A stretch of DNA of 64,000 nucleotides from a virus. Made by a program: the position numbers and the translations under genes. Below the pieces are notes generated by a model. The model made no database searches and was not told the DNA's origin. It saw nothing but the letters and a program-made list of their open reading frames with translations. Where the stretch lies: positions 35,016 to 99,015 of IMG/VR virus record IMGVR_UViG_3300027747_004722; one strand, 5' to 3'. Shown here piece after piece: positions 1 to 9,277 of this stretch (positions are counted from its first letter, which is position 1; each line of letters starts with the position of its first letter).

Positions 1-2
1 TC

Positions 3-767
3 AAGAAGTTCTGGGCGAAACTCGGCGACAACCTCCCGCACCCCAGCATCAACGACATGGGGTATGTCATGGCGAATACGGAGGTGATCCACGGGGACGC
101 CTACGAGAGATTGCTCGAGGTGCTGGGGATCGACGACGCGTTCGACAAAATTCTGGAACTCGACATCATCAAGGGCAGGGTCAACTACCTGCGCAAGCAC
201 CTCCATAAGTTTCACTCGGACAACAAGAAGCAGTTCGTCTATTCCCTGATCCTCTTCACGCTGTTCGTCGAGAACATAGCCCTCTTCAGCCAGTTCTACA
301 CTATTAGCTGGTTCGGACGCTACAAGAATGTGCTCAAGGACACGAATAAGCAGGTGGAGTACACCAGCCGGGAAGAGAACCTCCACGCCATGATCGGCAT
401 GAAACTCATCAAGGCGATCAGAAAAGAGTGCCCAGAGCTGTTCGATGAGGAACTTGAGGAGAAGATACTCCACGAGGCCCAGGAGGCCATCAAGTACGAG
501 ATGCAGATCGTCGAGTGGATCGTCAACGGATATGGAGAGGAAAAGCTGAACTCCGAGGTTCTCAAGGAGTTCATAAAGGACAGAATGAACCACTCCCTGA
601 AAGAGATTGGATACAAGAAGGTCTTCGAAGTCGATAAGAAACTGCTGTCGAAAACCATTTGGTTTGAAGAACAGGTTCTCGGAAACAATCAGAGTGACTT
701 TTTTCACTCAAGGCCTGTAGAATATTCTAAAAAAGGGAAGAGTTTTGCGGCAGAGGACTTGTTTTGA
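3..767 (+). CDS. nrdB: Ribonucleotide reductase class I beta subunit (5' partial)
   Basis: Frame open from window start; EVIH, ENIALFSQF, YTSREENLH iron-ligand motifs and DFF...EY C-terminus. Confidence 0.95.
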   Translation, partial: KKFWAKLGDNLPHPSINDMGYVMANTEVIHGDAYERLLEVLGIDDAFDKILELDIIKGRVNYLRKHLHKFHSDNKKQFVYSLILFTLFVENIALFSQFYTISWFGRYKNVLKDTNKQVEYTSREENLHAMIGMKLIKAIRKECPELFDEELEEKILHEAQEAIKYEMQIVEWIVNGYGEEKLNSEVLKEFIKDRMNHSLKEIGYKKVFEVDKKLLSKTIWFEEQVLGNNQSDFFHSRPVEYSKKGKSFAAEDLF

Positions 768-2245
768 AAAAATTGACCCACGAAGAATTTGTGAGCCGCG
801 CCAAGAAGATATATGGTGATCGATATGACTATGAACAATGTAAGTACGAACACAGCCTTAAAAAGGTAATAATATCATGCCGCATTCACGGGCCATTCAA
901 AATAAAGCCCAGCAATCACATAAACAACCGTCAAGGCTGTTGGCATTGTGGAAATGAATCGACGGGCGTCAAACAAAAGAGGACGACAACAGAGATTGTG
1001 AACTTGATTCAGGCAAAGCCGAATTCCGAAGCCTATGATTTCTCTTCGATTGTGGGGGTCAACGACTATAGGTCGGATTTGGTCACCGTAGTCTGCAAGG
1101 AGCATGGAAGTTACGAACGAACTGTCCGAGACATACTGCGCAGCAAATACTTCGGATGCAAAAAGTGCAAAATAGCAGATGATACATTTACTAGGGAAAT
1201 ATTCATAGAAAAATCAAGCAAGACGCACGACTCCCGCTACTCCTACGACAAAGTCCGCTACACCAAAGCTCATGATCCGGTCGTGGTGACCTGCCCCGAA
1301 CACGGCGACTTTGTCACGGCGCCTTACATACACATCAAAGGAGGCGGCTTCTGTCCGATTTGCGTAAGCCACACCAGTTCGTACGAGATCGAACTCGCCG
1401 ACTATATCAAAAACCAATTCCCCGACCTGCCGATAAAGACAACCTGCAAGGAAATCGAAGGGGTCAGCGAGGTTGACATCATGGTGTATTCCGCCAAGGT
1501 CGCGCTCGAACTAGACGGCCTCTACTGGCACAGCGACATCTTCAAGAAAAAGAACTACCACCTTGAAAAAACGGTCGCCGTATCCAAGGCGGGGCACAGG
1601 CTCATTCACATATTCGAAGACGAATGGAGAGACAAGAAAGATATTTGCAAGTCGATGGTCGCAAACGCCCTTGGCCAAACCAAAACGAAGATTCATGCGA
1701 GAAGTTGTTCGGTGCGTGAGGTGCCTTCGCGCGAGGCGTCAGACTTCCTCCAAGCCAACCACATACAGGGGCGATGTGCCTCGCTCTATAGGTATGGTCT
1801 CTACAAAGACGAGATTTTGGTGGCCCTTATGACCTTCGGCGGCAACCGAGTGTGCCTCGGAGCCAAGAAAAAATTGTCGGAGTACGAGTTGCTTCGTTTC
1901 TGCAATGCCAGGTTCACATCCGTCGTGGGCGGCGCCTCCAAAATCTTCTCCCACTTCGTATCGGCTCACCAACCACAAAAAGTGACCAGCTACTGCGACA
2001 AAAGATGGGGAACCGGCGGCCTGTACAAAACCCTTGGCTTCAAAAAGGCAAAAGACACGCCCCCCAACTACTTCTATGTCAGGGGAGGAAAGAGGTTCGG
2101 TCGCTTTGGCTTCCGAAAGAATGTGCTCGTCGCCAAAGGGCACGACCCCAACAAAACTGAGCGACAAATAATGTCCGACCTTGGCTACAACAGGATTTAC
2201 GACTGCGGGAGCATGAAATTCGAATGGAAAAGAAAACAGGCATGA
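764..2245 (+). CDS. Free-standing Hef-like homing endonuclease (Zn repeats, Vsr/DUF559-like nuclease, Hef-type C-terminus)
   Basis: Three YDY..CxxHG..GCxxC repeats, EVDI..ELDGLYWH, RIYDCG C-terminus; lower GC; sits between nrdB and nrdA with 4-nt overlaps. Confidence 0.8.
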   Translation: MKKLTHEEFVSRAKKIYGDRYDYEQCKYEHSLKKVIISCRIHGPFKIKPSNHINNRQGCWHCGNESTGVKQKRTTTEIVNLIQAKPNSEAYDFSSIVGVNDYRSDLVTVVCKEHGSYERTVRDILRSKYFGCKKCKIADDTFTREIFIEKSSKTHDSRYSYDKVRYTKAHDPVVVTCPEHGDFVTAPYIHIKGGGFCPICVSHTSSYEIELADYIKNQFPDLPIKTTCKEIEGVSEVDIMVYSAKVALELDGLYWHSDIFKKKNYHLEKTVAVSKAGHRLIHIFEDEWRDKKDICKSMVANALGQTKTKIHARSCSVREVPSREASDFLQANHIQGRCASLYRYGLYKDEILVALMTFGGNRVCLGAKKKLSEYELLRFCNARFTSVVGGASKIFSHFVSAHQPQKVTSYCDKRWGTGGLYKTLGFKKAKDTPPNYFYVRGGKRFGRFGFRKNVLVAKGHDPNKTERQIMSDLGYNRIYDCGSMKFEWKRKQA

Positions 2246-4323
2246 CAAACAAGGACTATTATTGGCTCAACTCCCATAGCCGCCTCTTCCTCGAGCGCGG
2301 ATACCTCGAGCCGGGCGTGACCCCCGAGCAGAGGATAAGGCAGATAGCTGACAACGCCGAGTCCATCCTCAAGGTCAAGGGTTTCGCCGACAAGTTCGAG
2401 GGCTACATGAAGCGGGGCTTCTACTCCCTCGCCACCCCGGTCTGGTGCAACTTCGGCAACAAGAGGGGGCTCCCGGTCAGCTGCTTCGGCAGTTACGTCG
2501 AGGACAAGATGGAGAGCATCCTCACGAAGGCGGCCGAGGTCGGGATCATGAGCAAGATGGGGGGCGGCACCAGCGGCTTCTTCGGAGCCCTAAGGCCACG
2601 CGGGACGAAGATCAGCGTGGGCGGCGAGAGCAGCGGCGCCGTGCACTTCATGGAGATTTTCGACAAGGTCAGCGAGGTCATCAGCCAGGGCAGCGCCCGC
2701 AGGGGATCGTTCGCCGCCTACATGCCCATAGAGCACGAAGACATCGAGGAGTTCCTCCGAATCAGGAGCGAGGGACACAGCATCCAGAACATGAGCATCG
2801 GGGTCACCGTCACCGACAAGTTCATGAAAGACCTCATCGAAGGGGACAAGGACAAGAGGGCCATATGGGCCAAGGTCATACAGAAGCGGTTCGAGACCGG
2901 ATACCCGTACATCATGTTCGTCGACACGGCGAACAAGAACGCCCCCAAGGTCTACAAGGACAAGAAGCTGAAGATAAAGGCAAGCAACCTCTGTGTGGCC
3001 CCGGACACCCTCTTGCTCACCCGCGACGGGGAAATCACGATCGGAGACCACGAGGGCGAGGAGGTCGAGGTCTGGAACGGCAAGGAATGGTCGGACACGG
3101 TGATCCGAAAGACCGGCACGAACCAGCCCGTCCTTGAAATCAAATTCGTCATCAGGGAGCTGGACGACGACGACACCCAGTCGCTCAAGTTCTCCTCACT
3201 GAAGGCCACTGAATACCACAAGTTCTACCTGAAGAACGGGTCGGAGGTCAGGGCTTCCGAACTCAAGCCGGGGGACGAACTCCTACGATTCACCGACCAC
3301 AGGGGCAGGCTCGCCAGGACGGAGGTCCTCGAGGTGGCCCCCGCCGGGAACAGCGACACCTACTGCGTCAACGAGCCAAAGGAACACAAGGCCGTCTTCA
3401 ACGGCGTCCTCACCGGCAACTGCTCGGAAATACAGCTGTTCTCCGACGAGGAAAACTCGTTCGTTTGCGTGCTGTCGAGCCTGAACCTCCTGCACTGGGA
3501 CGAGATGGCCGACACAGACGCGGTCGAGACCATGGTCATGTTCCTTGACGCCGTCTGCGAGGAGTTCATACGCAAGACCGAGGGCGCCAAGTACATGGAG
3601 GCCCCCCGACGCTTCGCCATGGAGCAGCGCGCCCTGGGCCTCGGCGTTCTCGGATGGCACTCGTACCTCCAGAGTAAGATGATCGCCTTCGAGAGCATGG
3701 AGGCGAAGATGAAGAACGCGGAGATATGGAAGAAGGTGCGTGAGCGGGCCGACAAGACGACGGAGCAGATGGCAAAGGACTACGGCGAGCCTCCGCTGCT
3801 CAAGGGCTACGGGAGGAGGAACGTCACCACGCTCGCGGTCGCCCCCACGACCTCCAGCAGCTTCATACTCGGCCAGGTCAGCCCCAGCATAGAGCCCCTG
3901 AACAGCAACTACTTCGTCAAGAACCTGGCCAAGGGGAAGTTCACCTACAAGAACCCGTACCTCAAAGAGACTCTCAAGAAGTACGAGAGAAACGACGAAG
4001 ACACATGGAAGACCATTCTGGTCAAGGGTGGATCGGTTCAGCACCTGGACTTCCTCACCAAGGAGGAGAAGGACGTCTTCAAGACCTTCGGAGAAATCTC
4101 CCAGAAGGAGATCGTGATACAGGCCGCCCAGAGACAGAAGTACATCGACCAGTCCCAGAGCCTGAATCTCATGATTCCGCCTTCAACTTCACCCAAGGAT
4201 GTCAACAGTCTTCTGATCGAGGGTTGGGAGATGGGCGTAAAGACCTTCTACTACCAGAGGTCTGCCAACCCGGCCCAGGAACTGGCCCGCAGCATCCTGA
4301 CCTGCTCGTCGTGCGAGGCATAA
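2242..4323 (+). CDS. nrdA: Ribonucleotide reductase class I alpha subunit, no ATP cone, intein-containing
   Basis: PVSCF, GGGTS, SNLC/SE, APTTSSS, YYQRS, C-terminal CSSC; ATG 2242 overlaps upstream stop. Confidence 0.96.
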   Translation: MTNKDYYWLNSHSRLFLERGYLEPGVTPEQRIRQIADNAESILKVKGFADKFEGYMKRGFYSLATPVWCNFGNKRGLPVSCFGSYVEDKMESILTKAAEVGIMSKMGGGTSGFFGALRPRGTKISVGGESSGAVHFMEIFDKVSEVISQGSARRGSFAAYMPIEHEDIEEFLRIRSEGHSIQNMSIGVTVTDKFMKDLIEGDKDKRAIWAKVIQKRFETGYPYIMFVDTANKNAPKVYKDKKLKIKASNLCVAPDTLLLTRDGEITIGDHEGEEVEVWNGKEWSDTVIRKTGTNQPVLEIKFVIRELDDDDTQSLKFSSLKATEYHKFYLKNGSEVRASELKPGDELLRFTDHRGRLARTEVLEVAPAGNSDTYCVNEPKEHKAVFNGVLTGNCSEIQLFSDEENSFVCVLSSLNLLHWDEMADTDAVETMVMFLDAVCEEFIRKTEGAKYMEAPRRFAMEQRALGLGVLGWHSYLQSKMIAFESMEAKMKNAEIWKKVRERADKTTEQMAKDYGEPPLLKGYGRRNVTTLAVAPTTSSSFILGQVSPSIEPLNSNYFVKNLAKGKFTYKNPYLKETLKKYERNDEDTWKTILVKGGSVQHLDFLTKEEKDVFKTFGEISQKEIVIQAAQRQKYIDQSQSLNLMIPPSTSPKDVNSLLIEGWEMGVKTFYYQRSANPAQELARSILTCSSCEA
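2992..3420 (+). mobile_element. Mini-intein (143 aa) in NrdA
   Basis: SNL|CVAPDT...TEYHKF...FNGVLTGN|CSE; no endonuclease domain; +1 residue is the thiyl-radical Cys. Confidence 0.93.
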
Positions 4324-4324
4324 A

Positions 4325-4801
4325 ATGAACTTCGTATCAAGATGGTTCTACAGGGCCAAGACGGACTACGATGTCCCGCACGTGCGCGTCCGGCTTCTGG
4401 ACGCGGACGCCAAGACCCCCGTCCGTTCCAACCCGACCGACGCAGGAGCCGACCTGTCCAGCACGGAGAGCGTCATGATCCACCCCGGCGAGCGGAAGAC
4501 CGTCGGCACCGGCGTGGCCATGGAAATACCGGAGGGGTTCTACGGGAGGGTCGCGCCGCGTTCGGGCCTGGCGAGCAAGCACGGCGTCGACGTTCTCGCA
4601 GGCGTCGTGGACAGCTCCTACAGGGGCGAGATAAAGGTGGTGCTGTTGAACACCGACAAGCACAACACCTTCCATGTCGAGAAAGGGGACAGGATAGCCC
4701 AGATCATATTCGAGGGCCATTTCAACTTCCCCCTGGTGGAGTCGGACTCCCTGGAGAATTCCAGCCGCGGGTCTGGGGGCTTCGGTTCCAGCGGTAAATG
4801 A
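4325..4801 (+). CDS. dut: Trimeric dUTPase
   Basis: AGADL, PRSGLA, GVVDSSYRGE, RIAQ, RGSGGFGSSG motifs. Confidence 0.97.
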   Translation: MNFVSRWFYRAKTDYDVPHVRVRLLDADAKTPVRSNPTDAGADLSSTESVMIHPGERKTVGTGVAMEIPEGFYGRVAPRSGLASKHGVDVLAGVVDSSYRGEIKVVLLNTDKHNTFHVEKGDRIAQIIFEGHFNFPLVESDSLENSSRGSGGFGSSGK

Positions 4802-5181
4802 AAAATTTCGCTCCCTTTCTCGACGAACGCCTTCACATCACGTGGGACGAACGCATGGGGCATTGCGTCTTCACCAAGGGAGAAATCAAGAGCCAGACCT
4901 TCGTGGAGATAGCCCCCGTGGTCGACTTCATGCCCGAGTGCCAGGTCGACCACAACCTGATGAGGTACGTCATCGCGTGGGAGGGCCGGCTCGCGGTGCC
5001 CCTCGGCTGGACCATGATCTACAACCACAGCGACGACAACAACTGCGCCTTCTCAATGAACTTCCACGACAAGCTCATCGCCATCATGGCCCTGCGGGAC
5101 ATCAAGGCGGGCGAGCAGATGACCGTCAACTACGGCCCCGACTGGTTCTCCTCTCGCGGGATGGATAAGATGCCTCTATGA
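4798..5181 (+). CDS. SET-domain protein-lysine methyltransferase
   Basis: YNHS..NC and ALRDIKAGEQMTVNYG SET signatures. Confidence 0.88.
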   Translation: MKNFAPFLDERLHITWDERMGHCVFTKGEIKSQTFVEIAPVVDFMPECQVDHNLMRYVIAWEGRLAVPLGWTMIYNHSDDNNCAFSMNFHDKLIAIMALRDIKAGEQMTVNYGPDWFSSRGMDKMPL

Positions 5182-5531
5182 AGAAGATCACCTGCCCGTT
5201 GTGCGGCCAGAAGATGGACGTCTACACCACGGCCCACAAGAACGCCCCGTTCGTGGACAACAACACCTACCCGTCCATGTGCTTCACCTGCTACTTCGTC
5301 CCCAAGACGAGCGAACAGAGGTACGCCAAGGACGGTTCGGTTGCGGAGGACGTCGAACTCCCCTACTCCTGCGAACACCTTTGCACGCCGAAGGAACTAT
5401 ACGAATCGGGGGCCGCAGACACCCTCAAGCAGGCGAAGGCCAGCGTGGCGGGCGTGGCGTCGGCGTGCAAAGAAAAACGACCCCCGAAAAAGCCCGTCGG
5501 GAGGCCGAAGGCCTCCTGGAACGTGGCCTGA
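5178..5531 (+). CDS. Hypothetical protein with CxxC motifs
   Basis: ATGA-coupled ORF; CPLC, CFTC. Confidence 0.7.
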   Translation: MKKITCPLCGQKMDVYTTAHKNAPFVDNNTYPSMCFTCYFVPKTSEQRYAKDGSVAEDVELPYSCEHLCTPKELYESGAADTLKQAKASVAGVASACKEKRPPKKPVGRPKASWNVA

Positions 5532-5548
5532 AAGGCCTAGATAGCACT

Positions 5549-5905
5549 ATGCAATTCAAGGATTTCATCCTGACCGAGGCGGACCAGTACTTCGCCCAGA
5601 GGGTGTCTGATGTGCTGAACGCGCTTCAGGACTTAAATGACAGCGCCGGGGACATGGGCACGAGGCACCTTGTGTCCAACGCCCAGACGATAGTCAACCA
5701 GATCCGCCGGATCGTCCACACCCACTGGTCCCAGCGCCACGAGCCTGGTCTAACGGCACTCCAGAAGTGCGGTGTGGCCGTCATGAGGGCGATAGAGGAG
5801 AAGGACGACCTCCAGGGCGTCCTAAAGGCCTGCCAGGCCCATCTGGAGGCTCTTTCGGGCAAACAGGACAAGCCGTCCAACTCACTTGCTTCTGAAGAGC
5901 AATAG
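5549..5905 (+). CDS. Hypothetical protein (MQFKDFILTE N-terminus)
   Basis: ATG 5 nt after TAGATA; coding-like composition. Confidence 0.7.
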   Translation: MQFKDFILTEADQYFAQRVSDVLNALQDLNDSAGDMGTRHLVSNAQTIVNQIRRIVHTHWSQRHEPGLTALQKCGVAVMRAIEEKDDLQGVLKACQAHLEALSGKQDKPSNSLASEEQ

Positions 5906-5948
5906 CCCCCGCTTTTGGTATTTTTTTCTTCCGCACTACATAGACTTT

Positions 5949-6515
5949 GTGGAAGAAGAAGATTCTGAAATAGAGGATATTCTCAAGAGCAGGCCCAAGA
6001 AGATAAAGTCTGGCCGAAAGGGCAAGAGGGTCGAACTCGACCTCATCAAGAAGCTCAACGACAGGTTCCGGGACGTCATCGCCGCCCGCCCCGGGGGCGG
6101 GTCGTTCAACCGCACGGTGGGCAGCGGAAATCGCTGGGGGCAACGGGTTCACCTGTCGAGGGCGGCCTCCGACACCTACACGGGCGACATCGTGTGCCCG
6201 GAGGGCTTCCTGTTCGTCCTGGAGAGCAAGGGAGGCTACAACGACATCGACCTCTGCACCGCCTTCTCGGGCCGCCAGGCCGAGCTCGATTCCTTCCTAA
6301 AGCAGGTCAGCGACGACTCCAAGAGGTGCGGCAGGATGCCTCTCCTCCTGTGGAAGAAGGACAGGAAGCCGCGGCTGGCCTTCCTCAGGTCCGCAGACCT
6401 CGGGGGCAGGGAGTTCCCCTGCATGATGCGGTACGGCCAGTGGACGGCACTGCTGTTCGACGACCTCATGTCGATCGGGGACGACTTCTTCTTCAGCAGC
6501 CCAGCGCGGCCCTGA
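5949..6515 (+). CDS. Holliday junction resolvase-like PD-(D/E)XK nuclease
   Basis: KGKRVE, GDI..P, ESK motifs typical of Hjc-like resolvases; GTG start estimated. Confidence 0.65.
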   Translation: MEEEDSEIEDILKSRPKKIKSGRKGKRVELDLIKKLNDRFRDVIAARPGGGSFNRTVGSGNRWGQRVHLSRAASDTYTGDIVCPEGFLFVLESKGGYNDIDLCTAFSGRQAELDSFLKQVSDDSKRCGRMPLLLWKKDRKPRLAFLRSADLGGREFPCMMRYGQWTALLFDDLMSIGDDFFFSSPARP

Positions 6516-6702
6516 TATCTTCCGGCATTCTCTCTGGGTCCAAGACCACGACCCCCAGGTCGGAACCCTCGGCCACCACGATCTTGAGGATGCAAACCGC
6601 GGGCAGGAATCGTACGGGGGCGTCCGCCCCGGGCGAGCTGCCGAGCCGGCACTCCACGCCATCGTCGCGTCTCTCGACGACCCTGATCGGCACCATGACC
6701 AT
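6493..6702 (-). CDS. Hypothetical protein
   Basis: Short ORF coupled to upstream stop. Confidence 0.45.
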   Translation of the reverse strand: MVMVPIRVVERRDDGVECRLGSSPGADAPVRFLPAVCILKIVVAEGSDLGVVVLDPERMPEDIRAALGC

Positions 6703-8102
6703 CAGCCGTCCTCCAGCACAGAGAGCATGGCTCCGATCCGCTCCCGTTCCTTCTGGTGGGGAGCCTTCATCTCCGCCCAGTCCTTGCGTTCGGACTCCTT
6801 CTGGGCGAGCCTCTTCGAGGCCTCGCCCCGTCGGGAAGCTATCCTGTCTAGTTCCCCTCGGATGGAGTCGATCTGACGGAGCTTCTCCTTCTCGGCCAGA
6901 TCGAGCGCCTCTATGTCAACACGCAGGTTCCTGATCTCCTCCTCCATCGACCCCAGGACGCCGTCTATCTCCGCCACCTGCCTGTCCGAGTCCTCGTACG
7001 AGGCCAGCAGGTCCTTGATCCGCGTGATGGACACCGGGGAAACCGCCGCGGCCGCCGCCGAGTTCGACACCGGTGGGGCCGGGTCCTCTGACGCCGGGCT
7101 GGGAACAGGGCAGGACTGCCCTTGCGTCGCCTTCGGCGCGGAGCCCTTCCGCCATACCGGGTTCAGCCTGGATTCGACCTCGGGACCGAAATTGCCCTTT
7201 ATGGCCTCCAGCCTGCGCTCGCCAGCCGAAGTGATCCTGTACCCCCTGACGCCCTCGCTGACCCCCCTGCCGTTCTGGGATTCGCATCGGATTCTCTCGA
7301 TGTACCTCCCCTTCTTCCTCAATGCCATCGTGAGGGCCCTCATGGCCCCTTCCACGCTCGTGTAGGTCGGACTCAGCCCCGACACGAAACTCTTGATTCC
7401 GAGGCTCCTGACGATGCTGGAGGAGGCCTCCGCCTTCTTCGCGTACCCGAACTCGGCGACGAAGCCTATGGCCATCAGCGCCCTGTCCATGGCCCCCTGG
7501 TCGGAAAGCAGGGTCGATGGCTCAAGTTCCATCGACGGGAACGCCGTCCTCATGGGTTCCGCTGCCGCATCCCCCTCGGTCTCGCCGTGTCCCGCCGCGG
7601 CCTCTTCGGTGGCCGGGTTCTCTTGAAGGTCTTCGTTCGCTGGGAGCGAAGCAGGCTCGCTGTCTTCCACCTCGACGATCTCCTCCTCCTTCGGCATCGG
7701 CAGGTCGATGTTCAGCGCCCGGGCCATGACGGCCTTCGGTAGTTCGGGGGATTCGGAGACCCTCAGGGTGATTGGGCTCACCCTCTTTAGTACCGCGAAC
7801 GCCATCTGCAGGTCCACCCCCGCAGGCGGGAACAGGGAGTACTCGAACGCGGTGTCGTTTCCCCTCGGCTTGCACCACACCCTCACGCTCTTGGCCCCCG
7901 CCCGCGACTCGAGCCTTATGGCCCCGAACCGCTCCCGACCCTTCTTCTTGATCCTCCTCGAGTCCTTGAGCTCCCACACGCCCTCGAAGCCCGCCTCGTC
8001 GAGGACGTTGAGCATCAGGGCCTTGGTGGGGTTTACGATCTTCTTCTCCGACCTGCGGATGGAGCTCTCGAAAACCAGGTCTACTGATCCTTGGGCCGTC
8101 AT
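6702..8102 (-). CDS. Hypothetical protein with C-terminal coiled coil
   Basis: Long ORF with heptad-rich C-terminus; start chosen after GGAG-like RBS. Confidence 0.7.
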   Translation of the reverse strand: MTAQGSVDLVFESSIRRSEKKIVNPTKALMLNVLDEAGFEGVWELKDSRRIKKKGRERFGAIRLESRAGAKSVRVWCKPRGNDTAFEYSLFPPAGVDLQMAFAVLKRVSPITLRVSESPELPKAVMARALNIDLPMPKEEEIVEVEDSEPASLPANEDLQENPATEEAAAGHGETEGDAAAEPMRTAFPSMELEPSTLLSDQGAMDRALMAIGFVAEFGYAKKAEASSSIVRSLGIKSFVSGLSPTYTSVEGAMRALTMALRKKGRYIERIRCESQNGRGVSEGVRGYRITSAGERRLEAIKGNFGPEVESRLNPVWRKGSAPKATQGQSCPVPSPASEDPAPPVSNSAAAAAVSPVSITRIKDLLASYEDSDRQVAEIDGVLGSMEEEIRNLRVDIEALDLAEKEKLRQIDSIRGELDRIASRRGEASKRLAQKESERKDWAEMKAPHQKERERIGAMLSVLEDG

Positions 8103-8148
8103 GGTCTTTCTCCCTGCGGTGTGGGTCGCGTATCTTCCGACACCAAAG

Positions 8149-8176
8149 GTTATACGGCGAAGTGGCGGATCGTCAA
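8149..8176 (-). promoter_or_regulatory. Sigma70-like promoter
   Basis: TTGACG-N16-TATAAC upstream of 8102. Confidence 0.5.
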
Positions 8177-8343
8177 CGAATTTTAGGGGACGGGAAAGTT
8201 CGAGGAAGGCGGCACCGGAGGGGGAGGATCGCTCCTCCCCCTCCTTCTGACACACCACCCCTTCAACCAACCGGGGGAAAAACAAGGCGTTTAGGCCCGT
8301 TTGGCCCCCGACCATGCACTTTCCAAACCCATCCACGGAGCCG

Positions 8344-9093
8344 TCAGTAGACCTGCAGCTGCAGGTTTTCGGATATGAAGCTGTTCTCGCCGAACTGGAG
8401 CTCGAACCACACGTTGTATATCCCGCAGTCCATGCCGAGCTCCACGGTGTCTAGGAAGAAGTAGGCCTCCGTGTCCCTGCGGTACTCCACGTCCGCCCCC
8501 TCGACCACCATCCGCAGGTCCCTCTCCTTGGGAACGCACTCCCCGCACGCCTTCTCGACGGATATCTTTATGGGGCTGGCCACGGCGAGGTTCATGTAGT
8601 ACCTGTCCATGTCCGACGCCCTCGGCACGTTCGGCACCACCTCGATGGTGAGCCATCTCCTCTCGCCCTTCCGTACCCTGTTGGGCCTGAAGCCGTACGA
8701 GAAGTCGTACACAACGGGCATGTCGGACGCGTACCACAGATCCGACAGCACGGAGAACTGGTTTGTCACTGTCCCGGACTGGTTCTGGCTGAACCTCACG
8801 TCCCACACATCGATGTACGTGCCAACCGTGAACACCTCCGACTCGAGAACCACGGCGACCTTGTAGTGGCCCCCGAACGGGTCTCCGACCTCCTCGATGT
8901 CCCCCGGCCCTATCTCCGCGACCAGCCTTCTGCCCTCGGGGTTGTCCTCCGTGGCGCAGGTCTGGTCGATCTGGTAGACGGAGACCTTGTCGACGCTCTC
9001 GACCGCGCTCCTCTGGTTCGAGTTGTAGGTGAAAAGACGCAGGCTGATCTCGTCGCCCACGACCGGGTTCTGGTTTCTTTCCTTGGTCGCCAA
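8344..9093 (-). CDS. Hypothetical protein, probably virion-associated
   Basis: TTG start with GAGGAGG RBS; beta-rich; follows baseplate/chaperone genes. Confidence 0.65.
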   Translation of the reverse strand: MATKERNQNPVVGDEISLRLFTYNSNQRSAVESVDKVSVYQIDQTCATEDNPEGRRLVAEIGPGDIEEVGDPFGGHYKVAVVLESEVFTVGTYIDVWDVRFSQNQSGTVTNQFSVLSDLWYASDMPVVYDFSYGFRPNRVRKGERRWLTIEVVPNVPRASDMDRYYMNLAVASPIKISVEKACGECVPKERDLRMVVEGADVEYRRDTEAYFFLDTVELGMDCGIYNVWFELQFGENSFISENLQLQVY

Positions 9094-9095
9094 CT

Positions 9096-9260
9096 CTACC
9101 TCCTCTTAGCCTTCTTGCGTGCGGACTCCATGGCCTCGTTCTCCCTCTCCTTCTGCTTGATGAAGCGGTCTATCATCCACTTCCTCTCGTTTATGGGCAA
9201 AGACAGAAAATTGTCCCTGCTCTGGCGCATGTGGTACATGAAGAAGAACATCTCCTCCAT
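9096..9260 (-). CDS. T4 gp51-like baseplate hub assembly protein (not in ORF track); may be made as a frameshift extension
   Basis: Manual translation MEEMFFFMYHMRQSRDNFLSLPINERKWMIDRFIKQKERENEAMESARKKAKRR. Confidence 0.7.
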   Translation of the reverse strand: MEEMFFFMYHMRQSRDNFLSLPINERKWMIDRFIKQKERENEAMESARKKAKRR

Positions 9261-9277
9261 GAGGTTGTTCCAGAGGG

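Noticed and set aside
2445-3137. Long shadow ORFs (also 3283-4044, 40533-41789, 60202-61323 and others)
   Set aside because: Expected by-products of high GC3 coding in antisense or third-position frames; no RBS or motifs, unlike the MTase +1 frame
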